Positions 44,008 through 54,066 of a stretch of 64,000 bases of DNA are shown here, in pieces. The DNA comes from an uncultured virus (IMG/VR IMGVR_UViG_3300011842_000033) (lineage: Duplodnaviria; Heunggongvirae; Uroviricota; Caudoviricetes). Both the position numbers and the translations under genes were made by a program. The notes beneath the pieces were generated by a model. The model saw only the letters and a list, made by a program, of their open reading frames with translations, did no database searches and was not told the origin of the DNA. The DNA is taken from the IMG/VR virus record IMGVR_UViG_3300011842_000033, one strand, 5' to 3'. The first letter of the stretch is position 1; each line of letters opens with the position of its first letter.

Positions 44008-45964
44008 ATACCTGTCGAACGAGTTTTATCTGCCGCCCGAATCTGGCGTGCTCAGCGGCCTCTACGATTTCTATTACACCCCTTATTTCCTTGGTGTAGC
44101 CGCTGCGCTGGATGACCCAGCTGTCAATGAAATCGTCTTGATGAAGGCAGCCCAGATCGGCTGGACCTACTTCATGCTTGGTTTCATATTCAAGCGTGTG
44201 CAAGGCCAGCCCATGCCGATCATGGTGCTGTTCGCTAAAGAGGGTGACGGTAAGAGCTTCCACGATGAGAAGCTGGTTCCAGCTGTTAACGCCAACCCGC
44301 AGATCGGGCGGCTTATGGACGTTTCCACGGCCAAGAAGCAGGGCAACCGCTGGAACCACAAGTCATATGCCGGCGGCTTTCTCAAGCTGGTCGCCTCCAA
44401 CTCGCCTGGCAACGTCAAGTCGACTTCATCGGTGGGCCTGGCCATCGTCGAAGAACCCGACGACACCAGCGATGACGTGAAGAAACAGGGCGACGCCATC
44501 GGCCTGCTTGAAGAGCGCGTCAAGCGCTACCCCGGCGCCAAGTTCGTTGTCGGAGGAACGCCATCGCTCAAGGGGTTTTCCAAGACCGAGCAGCGCATCG
44601 AGCAGAGTGATCGGCGAGTTCTACCGATCGCCTGTCACGAATGCGGCGAATCACATGTGCTGGACTTCCAATACATCAGCTGGCTCGAAGCTGACCATGA
44701 TGCCCCGCCGCACGAGATCTACGGACGTGCCCTGCCAGATACAGCCGTCTACGCCTGTCCGCATTGCGGCAGTACATGGGACGACTATCAGCGAAAGGAA
44801 AATATTCGAAATACCGTCTTCGGAGCGTTTGAGCGAGGCGACCCGTTACGCGGGTGGGTACCGACGCGGCCCTTCCACGGTAAGGCAGGGTTTGAAGAAC
44901 TGAACGAGCTTTACGCCTGCCTGCCTGGCACAACGCTCGCGGGCCTGGTCCGCGAAAAGCTGGCGGCGGAAAAGCTCGCCGAGAGTGGCGATCTCAAGCA
45001 GATCATCAAGTTCGTCAACCAGAAGCAGGGTCGGCCGTACGAGTACAAGTCCGACCTGCCTGACGCAGAAAAGCTGGCCGAGCGTGTCGAGGAGTACGCC
45101 GAGCTGCGTGTTCCTGCTGGTGGGCTGATGCTCACCCTTACCGTGGACGTGCAGCACGACCGTATCGCGATCATCCTGCGGGCTTGGGGCCGAGGCGAAG
45201 AATCCTGGCTCATTCTCTGGACCGAAATATCCGCTCAAACGGGTACGTCGGACAAGAACGACCCGGTGTGGGAAGAGCTTGATCGGCTGCTGTTCGGCGT
45301 CTACGAACACGCCAAGGGTTATCGGCTGCGCATCAGCGCGGCCAGCATCGATGCTTCGGACGGGCAGACGAACGACGCGGTGTACCACTACGTCCGCACC
45401 CGCAGGCAGCGGCTATCCAAGCTGCTGGCGATCAAGGGGGCCACCACGCTGGACGCGGAGATCCTCACCGCCCCGCGCAAGATCGACCTCAACACCAAAG
45501 CCACCAAAGCAGCGAAGTACGGCCTGCAGGTCTACATGGTCGGCACCAACAAGGCCAAGGACCTGCTGGCCGAGCGCCTCAAATTGACCGGTCACGGACC
45601 AGGCCGCATGCATACCTATGCTGGCGTGAGAGCCGATTACTTCCCGCAGATGTGCGCCGAGGTGAAAGCGCCAAGTCGACGGCATGCGGGCAAGAAGGTC
45701 TGGCAACCGAAGGCTGGCGCGGCCCATGAAGCATGGGACTGCGAGACCTATCAGATCCACCTGGCTCGCTACCTGCGATTGCACCTCAAGTCGCCCGCCG
45801 ACTGGGATGCCGTAGAGGCTGGATTGATGCAGCCGGACCTGCTTGCTGACACCGATGTGGTGCCGGTAACCACGGTCGAAAACCTGCCAGCTGCACAAAC
45901 CACGACCACAAAACCAGCGCCCTCGCTGGCGGAGCTGGGGCGGATGATGAACGGAGACGATTGA
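43931..45964 (+). CDS. Terminase large subunit (lambda GpA family)
   Basis: MKAAQIGWT, CxxC pairs, VDVQHDR, EAWDC. Confidence 0.95.
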   Translation: MRISLAGALLEAGKQFNPPKQIATAEYLSNEFYLPPESGVLSGLYDFYYTPYFLGVAAALDDPAVNEIVLMKAAQIGWTYFMLGFIFKRVQGQPMPIMVLFAKEGDGKSFHDEKLVPAVNANPQIGRLMDVSTAKKQGNRWNHKSYAGGFLKLVASNSPGNVKSTSSVGLAIVEEPDDTSDDVKKQGDAIGLLEERVKRYPGAKFVVGGTPSLKGFSKTEQRIEQSDRRVLPIACHECGESHVLDFQYISWLEADHDAPPHEIYGRALPDTAVYACPHCGSTWDDYQRKENIRNTVFGAFERGDPLRGWVPTRPFHGKAGFEELNELYACLPGTTLAGLVREKLAAEKLAESGDLKQIIKFVNQKQGRPYEYKSDLPDAEKLAERVEEYAELRVPAGGLMLTLTVDVQHDRIAIILRAWGRGEESWLILWTEISAQTGTSDKNDPVWEELDRLLFGVYEHAKGYRLRISAASIDASDGQTNDAVYHYVRTRRQRLSKLLAIKGATTLDAEILTAPRKIDLNTKATKAAKYGLQVYMVGTNKAKDLLAERLKLTGHGPGRMHTYAGVRADYFPQMCAEVKAPSRRHAGKKVWQPKAGAAHEAWDCETYQIHLARYLRLHLKSPADWDAVEAGLMQPDLLADTDVVPVTTVENLPAAQTTTTKPAPSLAELGRMMNGDD

Positions 45965-46173
45965 TGGCAACCCTGCAGCAACTCACCGAGGCACGCGACG
46001 CGCTGCACCTGCTCATCACCGGGCAAGGCATGGTGCGAGTCCAGCGTGACGGGAAAATGGTCGAGTTCACTCCGGCAAACCGCCGAGACCTGGAAAGCTA
46101 CATCACCCAACTGGAGGGCCAGCTCGGCGTCGGCGCGCAAGCCCGGCGGCGGCCGGCACGTGTGATCGCATGA
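45964..46173 (+). CDS. gpW-like head-tail joining protein
   Basis: ALHLLITG..VQRDGKMVEFT. Confidence 0.9.
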   Translation: MATLQQLTEARDALHLLITGQGMVRVQRDGKMVEFTPANRRDLESYITQLEGQLGVGAQARRRPARVIA

Positions 46174-47750
46174 GCAACTTGCAGATCCTGGCGCCGAACG
46201 GCCTGCCGGCGCGAGAGCAACTGAGCACCTGGCAGGGCGCCGGTGGCGGCTTCGGTGGCCAACTGGAGCGGTGGCAGCCTCGGCTGCAAACCGTCGACGC
46301 CGCGTTGTTGCCGAACCTGAAATTGGGCAACGCCCGCGCCGAGGACGTGACGCGTAACAACGCGTTCGCGGCCAACGCCGTGCAGATGCACATCGACAAT
46401 ATCGTCGGGCACCTCTTCCGGCTCAGCTACAAACCCCGGTGGCGCCTGCTGGGCATCAGCGACGCCGACGCCCGGGCGTTCGCTCAGGATGTCGAGGCCT
46501 GGTGGTTCGAGTTTGCCGAGGACCCGGTCGGCTGTTGGCTGGATGTCGAGCGAAAGCGCACCGCAACGATGATGGTCCGCGAAGCGGTTGGCACCCATAC
46601 CCGCTTGGGTGAGGTCTCGGCCGCGGCTGAGTGGGTCGAGCGTCGGGGCACACCCATGCGAACGGCTGTTCGCATGGTCAGCCCCAAGCGAATCGGCAAC
46701 CCGGGTGATCGCTCTGATACCACCACCCTGCGCGGCGGTGTCGAGTTCGACCGAAACGGTGTGGCCATCGCCTATCACATCCGCCAGCTCAGCACCGGTG
46801 GCCTTGGTTTGGGGAACGGTTACGCAAGCGAATGGCGCCGTGTCGAGCGAGAGGCTGCGAACGGCCGGCTCAAGTTCATCCATGTCTTCGAGCCAAGCGA
46901 GGACGGGCAGGCCAGAGGGGCCAACCAGTTTCTGTCGGTGCTCGAGCAAAGCCACATGTTGCCAAAGCTGCAGCACACCAAGCTGCAGAACGCGATCGTC
47001 AATGCGATGTATGCCGCGACGATCGAGAGCGAGTTAGGTAATGAGGCGGCGCTCGAGCTGATCGGCGCTGGCGAGGAAAGCATTACCAAGATCGCCCAGT
47101 ACATGATGGCGGTGAACAGCTTCAACAGCGGTAGCAAGCTATCCCTCAACGGCGTGAAAATCCCGCACCTCTGGCCCGGCGAAAAGCTACACCTGCAAAC
47201 CAGCGGCAACGTGGACAACGGGTTTGCCGATTTCGAATCGAGCATCCTCCGCTGGATGGCGGCCGGCCTCAACGTGCCTGTAGAGCCATTTTCGAAGGAC
47301 TACCGACAGAGCACCTACAGCAGCGCTCGTGCGTCGATGATGGAAGGTTGGCGGTACTACATGGGGCGCCGCAAGGTTATCGCGGCCCGCTTCGCCACCC
47401 ATCTGTTTGTACTGGCGTTCGAGGAGGCGCTGCAGCGTCGGCTTTTGAAGCTTCCACGCAACGCCACGCGCGGGTTCTACGAGGCGCGTGCCTCCTGGTG
47501 CAACTGTGAATGGATTGGTGCTGGGCGCCTGGCAATCGACGGTCTCAAGGAAGTGAAGGAGGCGGTACTGCGTATCGAATCCGGCCTGAGTACCTACGAG
47601 AAGGAGCTGGCGCTGCTGGGTGAGGACTACCAGGAAACCTTCGCGCAGCAGGTGCGCGAGATGAACGAGCGCCGCGAGGCCGGCCTGCCGCCGCCGAGCT
47701 GGATGCAAGCCCAGGCGTTGGCCCCGGATCAGACTGAGCCAACCGAATAG
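46170..47750 (+). CDS. Lambda-family portal protein
   Basis: YSSARASM, IDGLKEV, GLSTYEKE. Confidence 0.95.
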   Translation: MSNLQILAPNGLPAREQLSTWQGAGGGFGGQLERWQPRLQTVDAALLPNLKLGNARAEDVTRNNAFAANAVQMHIDNIVGHLFRLSYKPRWRLLGISDADARAFAQDVEAWWFEFAEDPVGCWLDVERKRTATMMVREAVGTHTRLGEVSAAAEWVERRGTPMRTAVRMVSPKRIGNPGDRSDTTTLRGGVEFDRNGVAIAYHIRQLSTGGLGLGNGYASEWRRVEREAANGRLKFIHVFEPSEDGQARGANQFLSVLEQSHMLPKLQHTKLQNAIVNAMYAATIESELGNEAALELIGAGEESITKIAQYMMAVNSFNSGSKLSLNGVKIPHLWPGEKLHLQTSGNVDNGFADFESSILRWMAAGLNVPVEPFSKDYRQSTYSSARASMMEGWRYYMGRRKVIAARFATHLFVLAFEEALQRRLLKLPRNATRGFYEARASWCNCEWIGAGRLAIDGLKEVKEAVLRIESGLSTYEKELALLGEDYQETFAQQVREMNERREAGLPPPSWMQAQALAPDQTEPTE

Positions 47751-47758
47751 GACCCCAC

Positions 47759-49075
47759 ATGAACTATCCACAAATTGCCAGCCGGGTGCTGAACACACCC
47801 CTGTTGCTGGAGCCGGCCTATGCGCGCGTTTTTTTAAGTGCGCTGGGCTCCCGGCTCAACATCGCCGAACTCAAGGACGAGCAGGGCGCTATCGACATGG
47901 GCCAGAAGCTGCGGGTGGACGCCCGCACTTACAACAAGACGCGTACCAACAGCTGGGGAGTAGAGGAAGTCCTGTTCCAGGTGGTGGATGGCATTGCTCT
48001 GCTGGATGTGAAAGGCACCCTGGCCCACAAGTCCGGCTACCTCAAGCCGTACAGCGGTATGACCGGCTATGACGGCATCATCAACCGCTACGCAATGATG
48101 CTCGCCGAGAGCGACGTCAAGGGTGTGCTGATGGACATGCACACACCAGGCGGTGAGGTGTCCGGCTGCTTCGACACCGCCGACCGCCTGCGGCAAATGG
48201 CACAGCAAGCCGGCAAGCCACTGTGGGCCATGGCGTGCGATTCGGCCTGCTCGGCTGGCATGGCGCTGGCCAGCGCGGCAGAACGTCGCCTGGTCACCCA
48301 AACCGCCTACATGGGGTCTGTCGGGGTGGTGATGGCTCATGCGAGCTACGAAGACTACCTGGAGCAGGAGGGCATCAAGGTCACGCTCATCCACTCCGGT
48401 GCGCGCAAGGTCGACGGCAACCCGTATGAGGACCTTCCCGAGGAGGTCCTGAGCCGCTTTCAGGCCGATACCGACGCACTACGCCAACAGTTCGCCGAGC
48501 TGGTCGCCCGCAATCTGGGAATGACCAGCGAGGCGGTGCTGGCCACCGAAGCTGCGGTGTTCCGTGGCCAGGCGGCAATCGATGTCGGCTTCGCCCATGC
48601 CATGGTCAACGGGCATGAGGCAGTTCCCGAGTTCTCTGAATACCTGTCCACCCAGGGCAGGGTGACCACCCTAGGAGTCAAACGCATGGCTGGAAACACC
48701 CCCGCGCCGACTGCCGAAGCTGCACCGCCTGCCCAGGCGGGAAGCGAGGCACCGGCCGCAATCGACACCGCCGCCGCTGCCAGTGCTGAGCGCACTCGCG
48801 TGCAAGGCATCCTGCAGCATGCCGAAGCGCAGGGCCGAGGCAAGATGGCGGAGCATCTGGCCTTCAACACCAGCATGGGAGTTGAAGAAGCGGGCGCTCT
48901 GCTGGCTGCTGCGCCCAAAGAGCAGGCCGCCAACCTCGACGCCAGCACCGCGCTGGACAAGATGATGGCCGCCGAAGAACAGCCGAACCTCACCGCAGGT
49001 GCAGGCGACGCGAAACCCAACCTAGCCCAGGCTATTGCCGGCAGCTGGGCCCAAGCCACGGGAGCGAAAGTCTGA
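47759..49075 (+). CDS. gpC-like S49 protease with nested Nu3-like scaffold (start 48686)
   Basis: DMHTPGG, GSVGV; in-frame internal AGGAG..ATG. Confidence 0.9.
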   Translation: MNYPQIASRVLNTPLLLEPAYARVFLSALGSRLNIAELKDEQGAIDMGQKLRVDARTYNKTRTNSWGVEEVLFQVVDGIALLDVKGTLAHKSGYLKPYSGMTGYDGIINRYAMMLAESDVKGVLMDMHTPGGEVSGCFDTADRLRQMAQQAGKPLWAMACDSACSAGMALASAAERRLVTQTAYMGSVGVVMAHASYEDYLEQEGIKVTLIHSGARKVDGNPYEDLPEEVLSRFQADTDALRQQFAELVARNLGMTSEAVLATEAAVFRGQAAIDVGFAHAMVNGHEAVPEFSEYLSTQGRVTTLGVKRMAGNTPAPTAEAAPPAQAGSEAPAAIDTAAAASAERTRVQGILQHAEAQGRGKMAEHLAFNTSMGVEEAGALLAAAPKEQAANLDASTALDKMMAAEEQPNLTAGAGDAKPNLAQAIAGSWAQATGAKV

Positions 49076-49425
49076 TGGCCACCGTACAGCAACCCGTCGA
49101 CAACTGGGTGACCGGTTCCGACTCTTACCAGACCACACTCGGCACCATCGCTGTAGGGCAGAACCTGGCGGAAAAGACTCCGCTCGGCCAGATCACCGCA
49201 AGCGGCAAACTGGTTGCCTGGGACCCTGCTGCAACAGACGGCTCCGAGGTTGCCGCATACATCACCGCCTATGCCGTTGACGCACGCGCAGCCGAACAGC
49301 AGGCGCAGGTAATCAAGTCCGGGACTTTCAACCCGGAGCAGGTCGTCTGGCCGGCAGGCACGACAGCCGCGCAGAAGCTTGCAGCCTTCGTCGGCACGCC
49401 GATCAGCCTGCAATTGCCCGTTTAA
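49075..49425 (+). CDS. gpD-like head decoration protein
   Basis: GKLVAWD, KSGTFN..VWP. Confidence 0.9.
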   Translation: MATVQQPVDNWVTGSDSYQTTLGTIAVGQNLAEKTPLGQITASGKLVAWDPAATDGSEVAAYITAYAVDARAAEQQAQVIKSGTFNPEQVVWPAGTTAAQKLAAFVGTPISLQLPV

Positions 49426-49486
49426 GGGCTTTCACCGCACCCATAGGGCCGCTCTAGCGGCCTTTTTTCATTCAGGAGACTGAACA

Positions 49487-50512
49487 ATGGCCGCTGGCTA
49501 CGATACGACCACCCTGCTGGGTGTGAAGGAACTTCTCCCGAAGTTCACCCCGCTGTTCCTGCAGATGTTCTTCCCAACCGTCGCCACCTTCCCGACCGAA
49601 GAGGTGGCGTTCGATAAGATCAAGAAGGATCGTCGTCTGGCTCCCTTCGTCTCGCCGTTGGTATCCGGCCGGCCGAGGCGCGAACGCGGTGGCTTCCTCA
49701 CCACACTCAAGCCGGCGTACATCAAGGAAACGGACGTGGTTCGTCCGACCCGCCTGATCAAGCGCCGCCTGGGTGAGGCCTTGAACGGCGAGATGAGCGC
49801 CGCGCAGCGTCACGATGCCGTAGTCGCCGATCTGCTGGTCGAGCACGAAGAGAACATCGTGGCGCGCGAAGAGTGGATGGCCGTTCAAGCCGTGCTGTAC
49901 GGCAAGGTCACCATGGAAGGGCCAGATCACCCGCCCGTCGAGGTCGATTACGGGCGCAGCCCGGAAAACCAGGTGATTCTCGCCGGTGCGGCGAAGTGGG
50001 ACGCGGTCGACCCCGAGACCTACGACCCCACCGACGATATCGAGGACTGGGCGAGCGAGACCACCGGCCCGGCTGGTGTGCTGATGATGGGCAAGGGCGC
50101 CTGGCGCCTGTTCAGCCGCTTCAAGGCGGTACGTGACAAGCTGGAAACCCGCCGTGGTAGCACGTCGCAGTTGGAGCTCGGGCCGCAGCTTGAAAAGGAA
50201 GTCATGCGTAAGGGCTTCTTCGGAGAGTTCGAGATCATCGTCTACACCGGCAAGTACACCAACGACGAAGGCGAGAAAGTGAGCTTCATGCCGGAGTTCG
50301 GTGTGCTCGTCGCCCCCTCCAGCGCAGACAACGTGATGGCCTACGGCGGCATTCAGGACGCCAAGGCCAACGCCAATGGCATCGCGGAAGCCACGCGCTA
50401 TCCGTCCAACTGGTTCACCGACAACCCCAGCGTCGAGTGGCTCCAGACCCAGACCGCGCCGGTGCCGGCGCTGTTCGACGCCGACGAGTTCACCTTCGTC
50501 ATCGTGGCCTGA
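49487..50512 (+). CDS. gpE-like major capsid protein
   Basis: LAPFVSP, KPAYIK, EEWMAVQA, TQTAP. Confidence 0.95.
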   Translation: MAAGYDTTTLLGVKELLPKFTPLFLQMFFPTVATFPTEEVAFDKIKKDRRLAPFVSPLVSGRPRRERGGFLTTLKPAYIKETDVVRPTRLIKRRLGEALNGEMSAAQRHDAVVADLLVEHEENIVAREEWMAVQAVLYGKVTMEGPDHPPVEVDYGRSPENQVILAGAAKWDAVDPETYDPTDDIEDWASETTGPAGVLMMGKGAWRLFSRFKAVRDKLETRRGSTSQLELGPQLEKEVMRKGFFGEFEIIVYTGKYTNDEGEKVSFMPEFGVLVAPSSADNVMAYGGIQDAKANANGIAEATRYPSNWFTDNPSVEWLQTQTAPVPALFDADEFTFVIVA

Positions 50513-50565
50513 CCGGCTCCCTCACCACTGAGGCGCGCCATCGGCGCGCCGTCAGGAGAATACTC

Positions 50566-50814
50566 ATGGCAAAGCAATACATCGTGAAAACCACCGTGCA
50601 CGGGCTGGTCAAAGCGGGTGGCAAGAAGGTAGTCATCAAAAGCTCGCCGGAACCGCAGGATGTACCCAGCGGCCTGGTGAAGGAGCTCCTCGAGCGTGGT
50701 GTGATCGAAGAGTACGAAAGCAAAGCGAAGGGCAAGGCCACTGACACCGCTGATGACGAAGATGCTGGTGCTGGTGCTGGTGCTGGTGAAGGCGACGGCG
50801 CGAGCGGCGACTGA
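50566..50814 (+). CDS. Small protein in gpFI position
   Basis: AGGAG RBS; acidic low-complexity tail. Confidence 0.6.
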   Translation: MAKQYIVKTTVHGLVKAGGKKVVIKSSPEPQDVPSGLVKELLERGVIEEYESKAKGKATDTADDEDAGAGAGAGEGDGASGD

Positions 50815-50816
50815 TC

Positions 50817-51152
50817 ATGGCCAGCGACTTCGACCGCATCATGCAGCGTGCCGATACCACGCTGTTCCGCGTGTTCGGTGAGGATCGCGGCTCTTGCGGG
50901 CCTACGTACACCGCCCCGGACGGCTTTGCCCGTCCGGTTCAGCTGGACGTCATCCTCGGCCGTGACGTCGAGGTCGCAGGCGCTGACGGCACGTTCCGCG
51001 TCGTGCAATGCCTGGTAGAAATTAGGCTATGCCAGTTGGGCAAACCCAAACGGGGCGGTCGGCTGAACCTGGCGGAAGGCGAATTCATCCTGGATGAGCC
51101 ACTCGGCACCGACGGAATCGTCGAGCGTTGGGCGTTGCTCCCTGCGAGGTAG
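50817..51152 (+). CDS. Head-tail joining protein (FII position)
   Basis: Position and size. Confidence 0.6.
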   Translation: MASDFDRIMQRADTTLFRVFGEDRGSCGPTYTAPDGFARPVQLDVILGRDVEVAGADGTFRVVQCLVEIRLCQLGKPKRGGRLNLAEGEFILDEPLGTDGIVERWALLPAR

Positions 51153-51154
51153 CG

Positions 51155-51724
51155 ATGGCCGGTTACGATTCAGTCCGCGTCGAATACAGCGACGCTGGCC
51201 GGTTCGCCGGCCGGCTCGATGAAATGCCGGTCAAGCTCAGGCGGGCGATTCAGTTGGCGCTGAATACGGTAGGCCGGCGCACCCGAACGCGTAGTTGGCG
51301 TGCGATCCGGGATGAGATCAACCTCAAGCCCAGCTACATCCGCGACGAGGTCAATTTCATTCCCGCTACGCCGGAGCAATTGCGCGTCATCATCTTCGCT
51401 CGTAAGCGCGAGGTCACGCTCAGCCAGTTCCCGCACCGTCAACTCTGGAAACGCGGCAAGTCGGGCAAGCGTGTCAGAGCCGGGGTGCGGGTCAGCATCA
51501 GTGCTGGTTGGACGGAGCTGAATGAGGGTGCGTTTATCGCCCCAATCGGCCCGGCTGGCGGGCTTATCGCCGAACGGGTCGCCAAGCCGCGCCTGCCGCT
51601 GGAGGTACTGCATGGGCCATCGCCTTCGCAGGTGCTCGGCAGCTTGCTCGATGACCTCGGCGCCGAAGCGTCCCGTGATCTCGGTGCTGAGACCGAGCGC
51701 CAACTCAACAGGGCGGACCTATGA
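51155..51724 (+). CDS. gpZ-like minor tail protein
   Basis: Basic; RLPLEVLHGPS. Confidence 0.7.
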   Translation: MAGYDSVRVEYSDAGRFAGRLDEMPVKLRRAIQLALNTVGRRTRTRSWRAIRDEINLKPSYIRDEVNFIPATPEQLRVIIFARKREVTLSQFPHRQLWKRGKSGKRVRAGVRVSISAGWTELNEGAFIAPIGPAGGLIAERVAKPRLPLEVLHGPSPSQVLGSLLDDLGAEASRDLGAETERQLNRADL

Positions 51725-52185
51725 CGAATCCCATTCAACAGGCACATCAGGCGCTTATCGCGCGTCTCCAGCGTATTACGCCGGGGAATGGCTACTTGAC
51801 CGATGCCGGTTTCAGGGTGCGCGAGGGTTGGCTCGAAGAGCTGCTAAGTGGTGACGAGGTAGCGTTTCCCTTCATCGCGGTGCAGCCAGACGAATACCCA
51901 GCTCCGCAACAGGGCCCCGGCTCACTGCAGGGCACGATTGGTCGTCGGGTAGTCGCTGTCGTGGATGGCTCATCGCCGGAGGGATACCTGGGGCAGCTTG
52001 ACGCGCTTTACCTGGACCTGGCCGTTGCGCTGCAAGCATCGCCAAGCATGCCAAACCCTTGGGGGCGGCCGGGCCCCTACAAGGTCACATTCGGCGCTTC
52101 CCGGCCCTTCCCTCCGGGGAGTGGACTTTCCGCCGGCACCCTTGTTTTCCCCGTACAACTCCACGTCATCATCAACGGAGAGTAA
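51721..52185 (+). CDS. Tail terminator-like protein
   Basis: ITPGNGYLTDAG; position. Confidence 0.65.
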   Translation: MTNPIQQAHQALIARLQRITPGNGYLTDAGFRVREGWLEELLSGDEVAFPFIAVQPDEYPAPQQGPGSLQGTIGRRVVAVVDGSSPEGYLGQLDALYLDLAVALQASPSMPNPWGRPGPYKVTFGASRPFPPGSGLSAGTLVFPVQLHVIINGE

Positions 52186-52189
52186 CTCC

Positions 52190-52378
52190 ATGAGCAGCAA
52201 AGCCACGGTACCTGCCCAGCAGGTCGCCGAGATCTCGGTCGTCCTGGCCAAACCCCACACCCACCGCGGCGAGCATCTGAAAGCCGGGGTGAACATCAAA
52301 GTAACCGCCAAAGAGAAAGCCTGGCTCGAAAAGCGTGGCGTAATCGGCGGCCAATCGGAGGAAATGACTCATGGCTGA
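52190..52378 (+). CDS. Small virion-module protein
   Basis: KPHTHRG..WLEKRGVI. Confidence 0.6.
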   Translation: MSSKATVPAQQVAEISVVLAKPHTHRGEHLKAGVNIKVTAKEKAWLEKRGVIGGQSEEMTHG

Positions 52379-53111
52379 TCTGCGCGGCGCGTTTCTGGGG
52401 GTCGGAAAGATCTATCTCGAGGACCTGGAAGACCCCAAAGGGCTGATCTTCATCGGCAACTGCAACTCGCTTACCTACGAGGCCACTCCTCAGGAGATCG
52501 AGGAACAGGACTACACCACGCCCGGCGGTGGCCTCGACGCATCCGTTCAGCGCATCAGCGCGCTTAACGTCACCTACAATGCCCGCCATTTCAAGAAGGA
52601 CAACTTGGCCCGTGCGATGTATGGGGCTGCGTCTGACGTTGCGGCCGGCACTGTGACCAGCGAAGCGCACACCGCTCACCCCGGTGCCCTGATCCTGCTC
52701 GCCTACCCCGGCGCCACCGACGTTGAGGTCACCAGTGCAGACGGCCAATCCACATACGTGCTTGATACCGACTACACCCTGGGCCCTGCCGGTTTTCCAG
52801 TCATCACCGAGGACGGTGCTATCACCGAAGTTACACCAGTCCTGGTGAGCTACAGCTATGCCAAGCACGCGACCATCCAGGCGCTGGTCAAGTCGGGCAA
52901 ACGCTTCCGCCAGGTCTTCGTGGGCCTGAACGAGGCGCGCTCGGGCAAGCCGGTGGTCATCGAGGTGTTCCGTGTGAACCATTCTCCCGCTTCGCTGAGC
53001 TTCATTGGCGACGAATTCCAGGGCATGGAATTCACTGCGAAGGTTGAGAAGGATCAAACCAAGGTCGGCACCGGCATCAGCCAGTACATGGTGATCAAGG
53101 ACGTGGAGTAA
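52371..53111 (+). CDS. Major tail tube protein
   Basis: FLGVGKIY, IGNCNSL, GLNEARSG. Confidence 0.85.
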   Translation: MADLRGAFLGVGKIYLEDLEDPKGLIFIGNCNSLTYEATPQEIEEQDYTTPGGGLDASVQRISALNVTYNARHFKKDNLARAMYGAASDVAAGTVTSEAHTAHPGALILLAYPGATDVEVTSADGQSTYVLDTDYTLGPAGFPVITEDGAITEVTPVLVSYSYAKHATIQALVKSGKRFRQVFVGLNEARSGKPVVIEVFRVNHSPASLSFIGDEFQGMEFTAKVEKDQTKVGTGISQYMVIKDVE

Positions 53112-53196
53112 GCGCCCGAGCCCAAGCCCAGCCGTGTGCTGGGCTTTGGCGCGGGGGCTTTGGTAGATTGCCCCGAAAGGTACGGGAGGGACCCTT

Positions 53197-53601
53197 ATGC
53201 GATGCCCAAAGTGCAGCTACGAACCAACAATGGCTGAAATGCAGCGCAGCTCAACTGACTGCGTCAGGTGCGGTGCGAACTACGCAACCTACCGTGCGCC
53301 GACGGCAGCTCAGCGCCTCGCCCGTGGGATGAAAGGTGCCAAGGCGGCGATAGCCGAAGGTCGAGCCAAGCGTAGCGCCAATCTGTATTGCCCTCACTGC
53401 GGTTCGGTCAGCGGTGGTATCTCGCATACCCGTGGCTCGATGCTGGTGGAGTTGATCCTGTGGCTTTGCTTCCTAGCGCCGGGAATCATCTACAGCGTTT
53501 GGCGCATTTCATCCCGGCAGACCGTTTGCCCGTCATGCCTCAGCCCTGATGTCATTCCCGTGGATTCACCGCGGGCTCGGCGCGAGCTCGGCCGAGGCTA
53601 A
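53197..53601 (+). CDS. Moron: zinc-ribbon membrane protein
   Basis: CxxC motifs, TM hairpin LWLCFLAPGIIYSVW, terminator 53618-53639. Confidence 0.75.
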   Translation: MRCPKCSYEPTMAEMQRSSTDCVRCGANYATYRAPTAAQRLARGMKGAKAAIAEGRAKRSANLYCPHCGSVSGGISHTRGSMLVELILWLCFLAPGIIYSVWRISSRQTVCPSCLSPDVIPVDSPRARRELGRG

Positions 53602-53656
53602 TTGAACCAACATCTACAACCCGCTTCGGCGGGTTTTTTATTGCCTGGAGATTCGT

Positions 53657-54063
53657 ATGAGCGAAAGCGCAGTAGGCAAATCGGTGATCAAGAAGGTAAG
53701 CGGTCGCAGCGTGGTTTGCAGTGAGCTGACCGTAGGGCAGGTGCGTGGGCTGTTGCAGCAGAACAGTGGCGGTGACCTGTTGGACGAGCTGCTGCTCGAG
53801 GATGTGCGGCTGGCTGACCTGCCGATTTTTACCGGCCTGCCCGCTGAGGAGCTTGAGCAGATGCTGCCCAGCGACCTTGATGTGCTGGTCGAAGGTTGCA
53901 AGGAGGCCAACCCCAGTTTTTTTCGCATGCTGGCCAAGCTGGCCAGTCTCCAGCAAACGGCCTGAAGACGCTCGACGATGTGGCATGCCGGCTGATCCGG
54001 CTGGGACACCATGGCGTGTGGGGCTATCCGTGGTCGCTGTTTCTGCAAGCACTGAAGGGGTGA
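53657..54063 (+). CDS. Tail assembly chaperone (53657-53965) with -1 frameshift extension to 54063
   Basis: T TTT TTT at 53917-53923; -1 frame reads LKTLDDVACRLIRLGHHGVWGYPWSLFLQALKG*. Confidence 0.75.
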
Positions 54064-54066
54064 TCT

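Noticed and set aside
50764..50787. (GCTGGT)4 tandem repeat
   Set aside because: In-frame Ala-Gly low-complexity linker; no phase-variation effect.
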